DNA of 64,000 nt from Selaginella moellendorffii (lineage: Eukaryota; Plantae; Lycopodiophyta): the NCBI RefSeq assembly GCF_000143415.4, contig NW_003314370.1, positions 489,517 to 553,516 on the forward strand, in the 5' to 3' direction. The position numbers and the translations under genes were made by a program. Shown in pieces: positions 37,074 to 47,708 of the stretch. The notes beneath the pieces were generated by a model that had not been told where the DNA came from, made no database searches, and saw nothing but the letters and a program-made list of their open reading frames with translations. Numbering within the stretch: the stretch's first letter is position 1; each line of letters starts with the position of its first letter.

Positions 37074-39807
37074 ATGAACTGACCATTGGGAAGTCCAAGA
37101 CTAGAGTGAATACAGACCGACAAGCAGGGTAGCTTGGTGAAGTGTTCAAGAGTTAGCTCTAGTTCCCCCGGGAGATCGAATGGTCGATGCTCGCAGTCCA
37201 AGTGTGGGTGGCACTACCTACTTGGATACCTGGCGTGGCTCAACGGAACCTCGCTCTAAGCCCATGGCTAGAACACCTAAAGGCAGAAGGCAGGGAGAAT
37301 ACCCATGAGGCTCGCGTAGGGCTATGGTGTTCCAAAATGTTGTCCCAAAGTCCCAGATTGTGGAAAGGAAGAGGAGTAGCTCTTTGGTGTGGTAATCAAG
37401 GACACAGTCACACAATGAGGAAGTCCCAAATGATAGTGGGACTTAGTGGTCGGGCCTATGGGCCTTGATCTAGTGGCAATGTTGGCAAACACGGCCATGG
37501 ACAGAAAGGGACTTGGTGGGGACCAGAATAGAGATATTGGGGAAGGCTGTTCCCCATATTTGTGGGCATCCTAAAGATGCTAAGGAGTGGATCTAGGATG
37601 ATCATTCATGGACGGATGGTCTAGTCGTTGAGAGACGGGATTGCAACACAAGTGGTGTTAGACCACTAATGTGACCAAGGTGAATGGGTATGGCGTAGCG
37701 TAATGAGTTGATATGTTGGTGGTACCTTGGGGTGTCGGTCATGGGATCGGACACGTGGAGCACTTGAACCAAGTGCAAAGGTTAAGTGGCATGGATGCCA
37801 TTCTCGGGGTTAGCAGACCCCAAGTCCTGAATTGGACTTATGGAGGTTGTGAGTGAGACTCTTCCTAGTGATCGGAGAGGGGGTTAGGTGACTAAAGTAG
37901 AATGGAAAAATTAGTCTCTTACAATTTGGTATTGGAGTTGTTCCTTAGTCCGACTTTTATTGATGGCTAAGTATATCACCACTTGTATTGAATTGGAAGG
38001 TCTTAGGTATGGACTTATCCTTAAGGAGTAGCATGTCAAGAAGATATGGCTCTCCACTCAAGTTCATGCATGAACTTGTGCACAATGTGATGGATAGAAA
38101 AGGGCTAGTAAAGGAACAACTTTGGGATCTTGGGAACAATATAAGGGTTTCTTCAGAGAGTTGAGGATGTGATTCAAATAAGCATTTGGCTCAGCAAACT
38201 GGCTAAGGTAGTTATGATAAACAACTATATTTGGGATCACGGGAAAGATAGAGACTCCAGAACAATAAAGGAGTTACAAGATTATCCTCAAATAGTTGAG
38301 GTTGGTGCTCATCAATTTGAGACCAGAATTAATAACCGTGGGAGGTCAAATATAAAAAAGGACACAGGTCCTTGAAATGGTACCTGAGGCTACTTTTTAT
38401 AAATGCTAGAATAAACCCAAGGAGTTGGGGGTGTGCTTAGAGGATGAGTTGGTATTCTCATCATATGGACGGATAGTCCTAAAGGGCAAAAGTAGCCCAT
38501 AGAGAACGGAAAATAATAAAGTGTTGGAGTAACATTTGCAAAGATGGTCTTTATGAGTAAGGCATGAATACACACAATTGTATTCCAGCGAGCTAACACC
38601 TGAAAAATAGGACCTTACGGGTCAGTGGATTAACAAAGTCCATAAATGTGGGATGACTTGAGTAGAGTCAAGAAATGGTCCTAAGGGATTGGTAAAAAAC
38701 ATTTGGACTATGGTGTGTTGTGCCCCATGAAGGTTGGGGAGGATCATAAAATCCAAGTATGAGAATGGTGAGTATCTTATTGATAGCAGAATGTGCCATA
38801 CTAAAGCGGTGGGGAAGGTGTTCCCAGAAGAAAACAACTTTAACATAAAGTTGTGTGTAAACCTTATGGTGCAGTGCTAACGGATAGTTGGTATGAGAAA
38901 GAATTGTAGTGGTTTTGGTAAGGACCTAGACACAAGTAAGAAGTGTCATAAAGGTAGGCTCGTGGAGCTGATGGTGTGGAGACATCGAATGTGCTAAGAC
39001 ATGATGCTTTAAGGTGAGGTGATGGGTTCACGAGAACCCCTTCTCAAAGGAAACCTAATGGAAATGGGAATGGCATAACCTAAGCGGAAGGCATGCAATT
39101 GGAGTGTGGTGACCTAGATAATGATGGAGGTGTGAAAGCATCAACAATGAGTTGTAAGACTTGACAACTATGAGGCAACTAAGCAAAAGGTGCAAAATAA
39201 TCGGTTAAACTAGTAAAAGGTAGCTACCCAAGACTTCTAGCATAAAGAAGTTAAATATACCCGTATAGGGGATAAATTGCTTATGTTGCGATATAGTAAG
39301 TCAATGTCGTAAAAGGGAATGCTCATTGTCAAAGAGGCCATCATTAGGACACCTAAACACTCGAGAACACAAGGAGGTGGTGTTTGGTGTCGCAAGGGCA
39401 ATCCAAGGGACTAAATCCCTAGTGAATGATGGATAAAAGGTGCTATCCAAACGTCGAAGGTTGTGGAGATGGGAGAAGACCATCTACCCGAATTGGACAA
39501 AGCTAAAAATGGAATTTTGGCAAGGCTAGTGATGGGCATATAAAGGCCCATAAGTAGCAACATTAATCCCGGTGTGTGGAATTATAAGGTGACCATACTC
39601 GGATTGAAGAACCACTCCCTAGGCTATCAGGTAGGTTCATCTTTAAGAATACTTGCTAAAGCATGGTAGAAAATGCAAATCTATCCTCCTAGTCTGGAGA
39701 AGAATATCCAAAGGAAATGTATGAGGCCAAAAAGCAAATAGTAATGGGATAAAACCAAACCATAGGAATTAAAGAGCATAACTAAAGGTGAGTTGAGAGT
39801 GGAGAAT
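37074..39807 (+). mobile_element. Heavily decayed second LTR retrotransposon (LTR end at 37923, tRNA-Met-like PBS, internal relics)
   Basis: ...CTCTTACA followed by TTTGGTATTGGAG (degenerate TGGTATCAGAG); purine-rich, stop-ridden internal region; ends abruptly at the LRR fragment. Confidence 0.6.
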
Positions 39808-40056
39808 CTGAGCTCCCTCGACCTCTCGCACAACTCGTTTAGCGGGGAGATCCCTTCGGAGCTTGGCCAGTGTCAAATGCTGGTGAGCTTGGATCTGAGC
39901 TACAACCTTCTGTCCGGAGAAATCCCGTCCTTCCTCGAGAGCTTGTCGCGGCTGGAAGTTCTTTGCTTGCCTGGGAACTCTTTCTCTGGTGGCGTGCCCG
40001 AGTGGATCGTCCGGAGCTCCAGGAGCTCAACCTCGCGGAGAACGATCTCCGGGTGA
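39808..40056 (+). pseudogene. LRR receptor-kinase fragment (copy A, 5'-truncated at the retroelement junction)
   Basis: LSSLDLSHNSFSGEIPSELGQCQMLVSLDLSYNLLSGEIP. Confidence 0.85.
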
Positions 40057-40490
40057 TAGATTCATGCGGAAAAGATTGTCGATAGGACCACGTAGGGCTG
40101 GATAATGGCGTGTCAAAATATACACTTATTGCTGCGCTTTGTGGAGGATTAGATTCTTCCATGGAATTATTTGAAGATTTTGGGGAATTGGCAAGCAAGG
40201 TTCCCAGTCCACTGGATTGAAAGTGGCAGCGATGGCTAATTCGCGTCTAGCTTCTCTCTTTATCGCTGGCACGGATGGCCACGGACTCCAATACTTTATA
40301 TATTTTGGCTTTTTACCATTTTTTGGAGCTCCTTTAATAAAAAGTGTTCAAGTAATAAAAGGCCCTTATTTGTCACGATCATAAATTACATTCCTTCAAT
40401 TCCATATGCATTTGAACAGTATCAAGAATATTCCTCTAAAAAGGGCGAAGTTCCTTATATAAAGCCCTACACCCAACGCTACAGCGATGT

Positions 40491-41123
40491 ATGGCACAAT
40501 TAGAAGCTCAACACGTTGACAAGGTAGGCAAGCCGACTTTGATCCTCGACTTGGACGGCACACTGATTGCAACGTCTCGGCAAGCGGGGCTACACGCGAA
40601 GCTCGATTTTGTGGTGGAGTTTGATCCTCAAGAACAGCCCGTCTGGGTTTGCAAGCGCCCTGGTCTGGATGATTTCCTCAGCAAAGCATCGCAGCTTTTC
40701 GAGGTGGTGGTGTTCAGCCTGGGGAAGAGAGCGTACGTGGAGAAGATGCGGGAGAAGATCGATCCCAGTGGCTCGCTGGTGGCGTTTTGGCTGTCCAGGG
40801 ACTCTTGCAGTGGCAGTGATGCCATCAAGGAGTACAAGGACTTGAACAGCCCGAGCTTTGGGAGGGATTTGCGCAGGGTGGTGTGGGTGGATGATTTCCG
40901 GGATTCTTTCCGAATGAACCTGGAGAGCGGGATTGTGGTGCCAATGTTTCGGAACAGCAGCAGTGGCAACGATCGGGTGCTCATGGATTTGTGGCCGCAT
41001 CTGGAAACACTTGCAACTTATGGGCCTGATGTGGATGTGAGGGCTGCTCTGCTCTCACTGCCGCTCCCTCTGCTCGAATCCAACCTTGCCAGGGCAATCA
41101 GTCGCCCCAAGCTGTGCATGTAA
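40491..41123 (+). CDS. NIF/FCP1-homology (SCP/CTDSP-like) HAD phosphatase, intronless (copy A)
   Basis: TLILDLDGTLI (DxDxT), KRPGLDDFL, FEVVVFS, KDL..GRDLRRVVWVDD; TATATAAAG ~35 bp upstream. Confidence 0.9.
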   Translation: MAQLEAQHVDKVGKPTLILDLDGTLIATSRQAGLHAKLDFVVEFDPQEQPVWVCKRPGLDDFLSKASQLFEVVVFSLGKRAYVEKMREKIDPSGSLVAFWLSRDSCSGSDAIKEYKDLNSPSFGRDLRRVVWVDDFRDSFRMNLESGIVVPMFRNSSSGNDRVLMDLWPHLETLATYGPDVDVRAALLSLPLPLLESNLARAISRPKLCM

Positions 41124-41765
41124 TCCTACTGTGGTTATATATGATAAAAAGCTATGCCACGCAGAATCTTACAAGGCCGAGCAAAGCATGGCATGTAGAG
41201 GGGAGAAAATCGGAAGGAAAGGGTGTGGCTCGTTTCTCGATATGCTTGCTTGTGAAACTCTTTAATCCTTTTTGCTTCTCGTACACTGCTAGAGTAGAAG
41301 AGAGGAGCAGGATGCCGCACGGGGTCTTTTGTACGAGAGAGACAGCTCCGGCGACAAGAGATGTGAGGGGACTGCTTCTTCACAATCACTTGACATCTTT
41401 TCAAGTTCCTGATTCTGCTCGGTTCCTTGTCCCCGAGATCCATGGAGCGGGGGCTGGAATTGGCTGTGTCATTGTGCAGTCTCTTCATCTTACAGCATTT
41501 GCCCAGAGGCGGGATCCGGTGCGACGAAGCTGGTAAGGATCCAATCTTCCCTGTACATGTCACTCGCAAGACTGAAAATACCACGAAGCCCGCGCGTTCC
41601 GATCTGACCTGTTTCTCTTTTTTGCCCCTTGGTTTCAGTCACGACGGATGCCGCGCGGGGCCGCGCTGCACGGGCTACGGGCTGGACGGGCGGCAGTGAC
41701 GTGCGTCACTTTTGCGCGTTGGCATATTTCTAGGGAGCGTGGGTATATTCCTTCTTGTGCAAGCG

Positions 41766-44236
41766 ATGGCGCCGGGAGCAAGCGCTGACGATCGCGCTCG
41801 GGGCGAAGGCGATGGTGCTCCGGGCGACGGCGATCGGGATGCCGTGGCTCTGGACATTGGTAATGTGCTTAGCAGCATTTCTTTGTTCCTCATCCTCATG
41901 GATCCATGTTTTGGTCTGTCCAGGGGTCTCTATGGTCCGGGTCGCGCGTTTCTTGCCGACTCCCATGGCGGGATCGGATCTCCCCTGCCGTGGAGGCTAC
42001 CTCGAGCTCAAAGAATTCTCGACAATCCGTGAGTGTCTTGACGCGCTGCAATCCCAAGGCATCACAACGATTAAGGTCTCTAGCTCATTGAATTTTCTCG
42101 CCTCGTAGCATTTGCCATTACACAGGCCACGGGGGAGGGGGTTTTCCGGCACTCCCGCATCTTCGAAGAGCACTTGGGCATTCAACTGGAAATCCTACCC
42201 GACATGGAGTGCTTAGTAGCAGGAGCAACGTTCATGCTACAGGACGCAAAAAATCAGCAGGAACATCCTTTATTCCCGTTCCTGCTCGTCAACTTTGGCA
42301 CAGGCGTGAACATGATCAAGGTCAGGGGTCTTTCTCCACAAAAGTAGCTCCACAAAAGAAGCTAACGTGAACCTACAGGTGGAAGGCCATAATGTTTTCA
42401 AAAGAGTTTCGGGCACGACCATAGGTGGCGGTGCACTGCGCGGCCTCTCATCGCTTGCAACTTCCTGTCAAAGGTGAAACAGCAATATTCTAATGTTAAC
42501 ATGAAATTTTTTTGGTGTTTTTTTCTAGTTTTCAAAGCTTTTTGGACTTGTGCTCCAATGGAGAAAGTACTGGAGTGGATTTGCTCGTCACAGATATGCA
42601 TGGGACCACGTCAACAGAGGTAAGAACAGTGTTTTTTTTATCTAAACGTTATTCTTTTCTTTTTTACCAATAGGCCAAGCTCCCGCACTCGGCCATAGCT
42701 GCGAGTCTTGGAAAATTGAGCTGGGGTGAATCCACAGGGCATTGGCGAGAGGAGGACATTGCTATGTCACTCCTTCGGATGATAGTGAACAACATCTCCC
42801 AGATAGCTTCGCTCACCGCTGCCGGACAGAACGTGAAGAAGACTGTGTTCACCGGAAGCTTTTTGCGTGGCCCCGTGGTAAACGTGCTGAGATCTGCGAT
42901 GCAGTTCTGGTCTCCGGCAGCACAGCCAGTTTTCCTCCACAGCGATTACCTCAAAACGGCCGGTGCATTCTTGGCAGGGCCTCGGTGTTGCTCCACTCCT
43001 CCCATGACTAAAAAGGTACATTCCATTTTTGGCTACACACAACGATTGCGTTACTCCTCCTCCAGGGATACACTCCTCCTCATTTGAGGAGGGCACCGGA
43101 GCCACTTTCAGCTGCAACCAAGGATGAGCTGAGCTCAACATTGCTCAATGCCGCGCGATGCCTCAAGGCGTCCGGAGTAAGCGTTTGTTTTGAGTTGTCA
43201 CAGTGTTTCTCTAATTGTATGTGTAGGATTTGTCGGAGAGGACGTTTAATTACATTGTCAAGGATCTCTGCGGCGGTGAGCTGGGAACAAAGCACATCAA
43301 CACCAAGTTCAATGAAGAATTCACGTTGATCAAACAGCTTGGAAGAGGTGCTGACGGTGTGGTTTACATGTGCCGACACAAGTTTGACGGACAAGTGTAC
43401 GCGGTAAAGCAGGTGAGCTTGGAGTGTATGTCATGAACCAAAGCTCTCTAATCTATGCTTTGCAGATCCATGTCCGGAAAGACCTTGAGAGTGTCATGAA
43501 GGAAGCAAGAACACTTTCAACTCTGGCTCATGCAAACATTGTGAAATATCATACTTCTTGGTGGGAGGAGCAGCCTGGTGGGGGTTGTGTGGTGTACATC
43601 CAAATGCAATACTGCACGAGGTACCAGTGTGTAAAATCTTTCCCTTTTTTTTTTTTTTTTTTCCTTTTTTCGAGCTGACAAGCCATTTTTACAGCTCGTT
43701 AAAAGATATGCTGGAAGATCCAAAAGCCTTGATCCCGGTGGCAGCGTTCAACGAGCTCGTTCAAGCTGTTGAGTACCTGCATGAAAAAAAAATCATTCAC
43801 AGAGACATCGCTCCGAAGAATATCTTTTTCGACGACTATAATCGCCTGAAACTGGGAGATTTCGGGCTGGGTACGTAGTTTTCTAGTTTCCTCCTTGCCA
43901 GAGGTTCTCATATTTATTTTTCCAGCGAAGAAGAAGTTGTCGCTCCCGAGAGAGGGTGGGAAAGTTGGGACAGGCATGTACTCCTCGCCAAAGCAACTCG
44001 AGAATGAGATGGCTTCCGATATTTTCAGCCTGGGGATGATACTTTTCGAGCTCAATTGCCGCTTCTCACCCGAGAACCAAGACAGAGACTCCACGATGCA
44101 GCTGGCTAAGGATGGCATCTTCCCAAAGGAGTGGGAAATTGCAAACCAGGAATTGGCAGAGAAGATTCGGAGCATGCTACATCCAAACAGGAGCCTCAGG
44201 CCGACAGCCAGCCAGATCCTGGCTTCTCTCCCGTAG
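41766..44236 (+). CDS. Fusion of a degenerate pantothenate kinase (fumble/type II) domain and a GCN2/eIF2-alpha-type protein kinase; 11 exons, 635 aa (copy A)
   Basis: Exons 41766-41859, 41924-42075, 42126-42320, 42379-42473, 42529-42619, 42674-43015, 43066-43176, 43227-43412, 43466-43620, 43695-43870, 43926-44236. All introns are GT-AG and in phase (1908 nt). PanK motifs: ALDIG, ATGEG, FPFLLVNFGTGV, RVSGTTIGGG, IAASLGK, EDIAMSLLRMI. Kinase motifs: LGRGADG, YAVK, YIQMQYC, HRD, DFG. Confidence 0.88.
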
Positions 44237-44859
44237 AAACAACATTCCATTAGAGAATGTAATGGACCTCAGTCCCACTTTCTCACCTCCGCGGGCTAAT
44301 GGCTGTCCCCTGGTGCTAGGCTCATTCTCCACCGATCAACTTCAAGCTTCCAGCAAAATGGAATGCTTTCTCGAGGTCAAAAACCAGATCAACGACCGGT
44401 GTGAAGACCAAAGACGACCGGAGACCACGTTGGCCTCTACCCAAATGGTTGCTTCTACAATTGCATGCATGATCCATGCAATTTTGGCTCGCCTCGCTAG
44501 AGCTTGCACTGCAGCAAAAGGTGGCGGAGAGGTTGCAAAACCTTTGGCCACCACTTATTTTGAGAAAATGAGAATAAGCACACACTCAAATTTGAATAGA
44601 TAAAGCTTGATCACTAACACTGCAACATGTTGATAAGTTATGCTACCAAAGTAGAAAATTAAAAGGCATACATGCAATTGTCATCCACAAATCATTGCCC
44701 AGTGGGATTGGAAGAAGTGGTATGGCAATTCCTTGCAGATTTAACAAAATTTATGCTAGAAATTATTGTGAATAAGTTTTTTGGACAAAAGAGAGTTGAA
44801 TCTAGTAAATAAAATTGCTGTGTGTTGCATTGCATGGTTTGCTTTTGTTTTTATATTTT

Positions 44860-47598
44860 TTATTAGGATGTATAATTTGTTATGATCTGTCCAATATGCA
44901 GGTCCTATTCCTGCTTTTGTATATATTATATCTTTTATCCATATATGATCTATTAATTTATTATTACATGTGTTGTGCTTTATTATTTATATGCATCCTT
45001 CTTTCTCCATTATTGTTTGAAGTGGTTTTGCTTCTTCTTTTTGGTAGTCAATATTGAAATCTCCTGTAATTATTACTGGCTTTTTATTATCTATTTTCTG
45101 TATATATTTTTGTAGTTGTTTTATGAATATTTGTATATTTGTTCCAGGTTTTCTATGTAAATTTTTTATCTTTAATTTTTAAATTTTTTTTCTAGTGATA
45201 CATATGACATTGCCAATGTTTCTGTTTTTAGATGTTCTATGATTTATAGTCATTTGTATGCAATGTTCATGTATATATGATTTATATTTATTAAAATTTA
45301 AATCCTCATGTTTTTGTGTTCTTACTTCTTGCATACATATCATATCTGATGTTAATAATTGTGAATCACTCTCTATATCGTCTTTATGTGCAGTAATAGA
45401 TGTTGTATTTAGAACTTGTATAATTGTTTGGTTAGCTATTTTTTCTTCTTGTAAATCTATTAAATCAATTTGCTATAGTGCTTCTGTTGTCATTCTTAAT
45501 ATTTCTTTAGCTGCATCTTTATTGATTTTAATATGTTTATGTTCAATTGGTCTATATAAATGTATACCTTTTAGTGTTTGTGCTCTTGATAATGCTGTAT
45601 ATGCTTGTTCTAGATATTTTGTTTTATATGAGTCATATCCTAATTGCATAACAGTTGATCCTTGTGCTCTATGTGTTGTTCTTCTTGCGCATGGTTGTAC
45701 TGGAAATTGGGTTCTACTTATAACATAATTTTTATTTTTAGTAATATTTATTATTCTTGTTTTTTTTTATTGGTGTCCAGTTTTTTTTTTCATTATTTTT
45801 CTTTATTGTTATGTTTTCTTTAGCTCTTGTTTTTTCACCTGTTTTTATATTTGGGAATTCTATCCACATTATTTGTTTTTCTTCAATCTGGGTTACATCT
45901 TGTACTACTCCATTTGCTCCATTTACTAATCCATCTTTTGTTGTTGTATTTTGTGTTATTTCAATTGCCATGTTTTTTTTTCAAATGTAATATTTCATGT
46001 AGTCCTTGTGTTTTTTTTGTGTTATTTGGCAGCATGAAATGTGTAGGACAGGAATTTCCATGTTTGTCTTGTGCTTTTATAATTATATCTTGACTTTGTA
46101 TGTGTTGTATTATTTTTTCATTATGTGTTTTTACTTGTTCATTAGTTGCAAATATCGAATAGTATTCTGTGTTATATGTATCTGTGGTGACTTGTTTCTT
46201 TATATATTCTAGCTCTTTATCTGTTTGTTCTCATATTTTTATTTTATTTAAAGCTTTTATAAAGATTATATCATCTTTTTGCCTCATTATTTTAGTAAGT
46301 TCATAAACTTTAATATTATTTTTCCATGGGTGGTATATAGAGACATTATTTTCAGGTCCATATGTTTTTGTTGAATAAATTGGTGCTTCAAATATAGGAT
46401 TGAATTGATAGAAATCACTTGTAAATAAACAATCCATCTCACCAAAGTTTATTCCATATGTTGTTTTGAAGCTTTCACATCTTCTACTTATATCTTGTAG
46501 CATTTCTGCACTTACTATTGATATTTCATCTATTACTAAACAATTTATTGTTGAAAACTTTCTCTTGTATTTATCTAATGTGTCATTTGTTAATATTGTT
46601 TGACGTTGTTTTGATGCTTATGGTCGAAATGTAAAAGCTGAATGTATTGTTGAACCATTTATATTACAAGCTTCTTTTCATGTAGGTGTTGTTATTAATA
46701 CTGTTTGTCATGGTTCATTATTTATATCTTGGTTTGTTTTATAATATCATTTGAGTGTTTTTATAAGTGTATTTAAAAGCATTAATTTTCCAATTCCTGC
46801 TCTTGTTAAAAATAAGCACATATGTTTGTTACGTTGTTTTATTTTTTTCAATATAAAGTCATCATGTATTATTCTTTGCTTTTTATTTAGAGTTCTTAAT
46901 AATTGGTGATATTTACTAGTTTCTATAAGTTATTCATCTTGTATTATAATTGTTGTATTTGTTAATATTTATATTTTATATTTAAATTTAAGTTTTTTTA
47001 ATTTTTCATTTTTAATAAATCTTTCCCTATATCAAATTCATTTGTTTGGTTTGTATTTATTTCTTGTATATACTGTGTTTGTTCTTTTAATATTTTATTT
47101 GCTTCTTGTTCTAGATTCTCCCAATTAAATTCACTCTCATTTGTTGCTTTTTTATATATGTATTGATATTGTTTTTCATTTATTTATTCCATATTTGCTT
47201 CATATGCATATATTTTGTGTACATTTCTTTAAGATCTTCTTCTTTTCTAAATTTTTTATGTAAGATTAATCTTTCAAATGCCCATTTTCTGGATTTTTTT
47301 CTTTACTAAATTTTATATATTTAGTTATATATATATTTTTTAATGTTTTTGTGTTGTTAATTATTTTTTAATTATATATTCAGTTGTTATCTCTGCTAAT
47401 GTTAAATCTTCTAATTCTTCATGTTTTTATTTGGATATGTTAATAGTTTTTATTTGCTCATTTTTATTCTTTCTTGATAAATAATAGTATCTAGAAACAA
47501 TTTGCTACTCAGTTAAATCAATATTATTATTGAATTTTAGTTCTTTTTCTTTTTTATTTGCAGATCCTTGAAATGATAACAATTTTACATCTAGAAGT
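44860..47598 (-). mobile_element. Helentron-type (endonuclease-encoding Helitron) remnant: PIF1 helicase plus APE/EEP endonuclease (copy A, with stops)
   Basis: AGIGK, GSTIHS, IDEIS, DFYQF, ELTKIMRQ, LVNG, QFP..THRAQG, QAYTALSR; then LNTTS..H..D..SDMICMQE, GDFN, IDHIW, TDH. Confidence 0.85.
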
Positions 47599-47708
47599 TC
47601 TATCTATTCAAAATTTTTCTTTGTCATAATTATGCCCTTTATACTTAAATGCCCTTATTGCCCTTAATGTCTTTACACCCACCGGATAGATGGGTGCATC
47701 CAGATTAG
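47599..47708 (+). mobile_element. Putative miniature non-autonomous Helitron
   Basis: Starts TCTATCTA, carries three TGCCCTT motifs and a subterminal hairpin CACCCA-N9-TGGGTG (47676-47696), and ends in a degenerate CTAG (TTAG|T). Confidence 0.45.

Noticed and set aside
41114-41700. ORFs of 90-149 aa between the phosphatase and the PanK-kinase gene
   Set aside because: No recognisable motif; conservation between near-identical copies is uninformative.
43795-43830. HRDIAP (no catalytic-loop Lys) taken as proof of a dead kinase or a tyrosine kinase
   Set aside because: Plant GCN2, as I recall it, also lacks Lys at this position (HRDxTP), so the feature is not diagnostic.
44815-46212. Hydrophobic plus-strand ORFs resembling membrane proteins
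   Set aside because: They are antisense translations of the A-rich Helentron coding strand.
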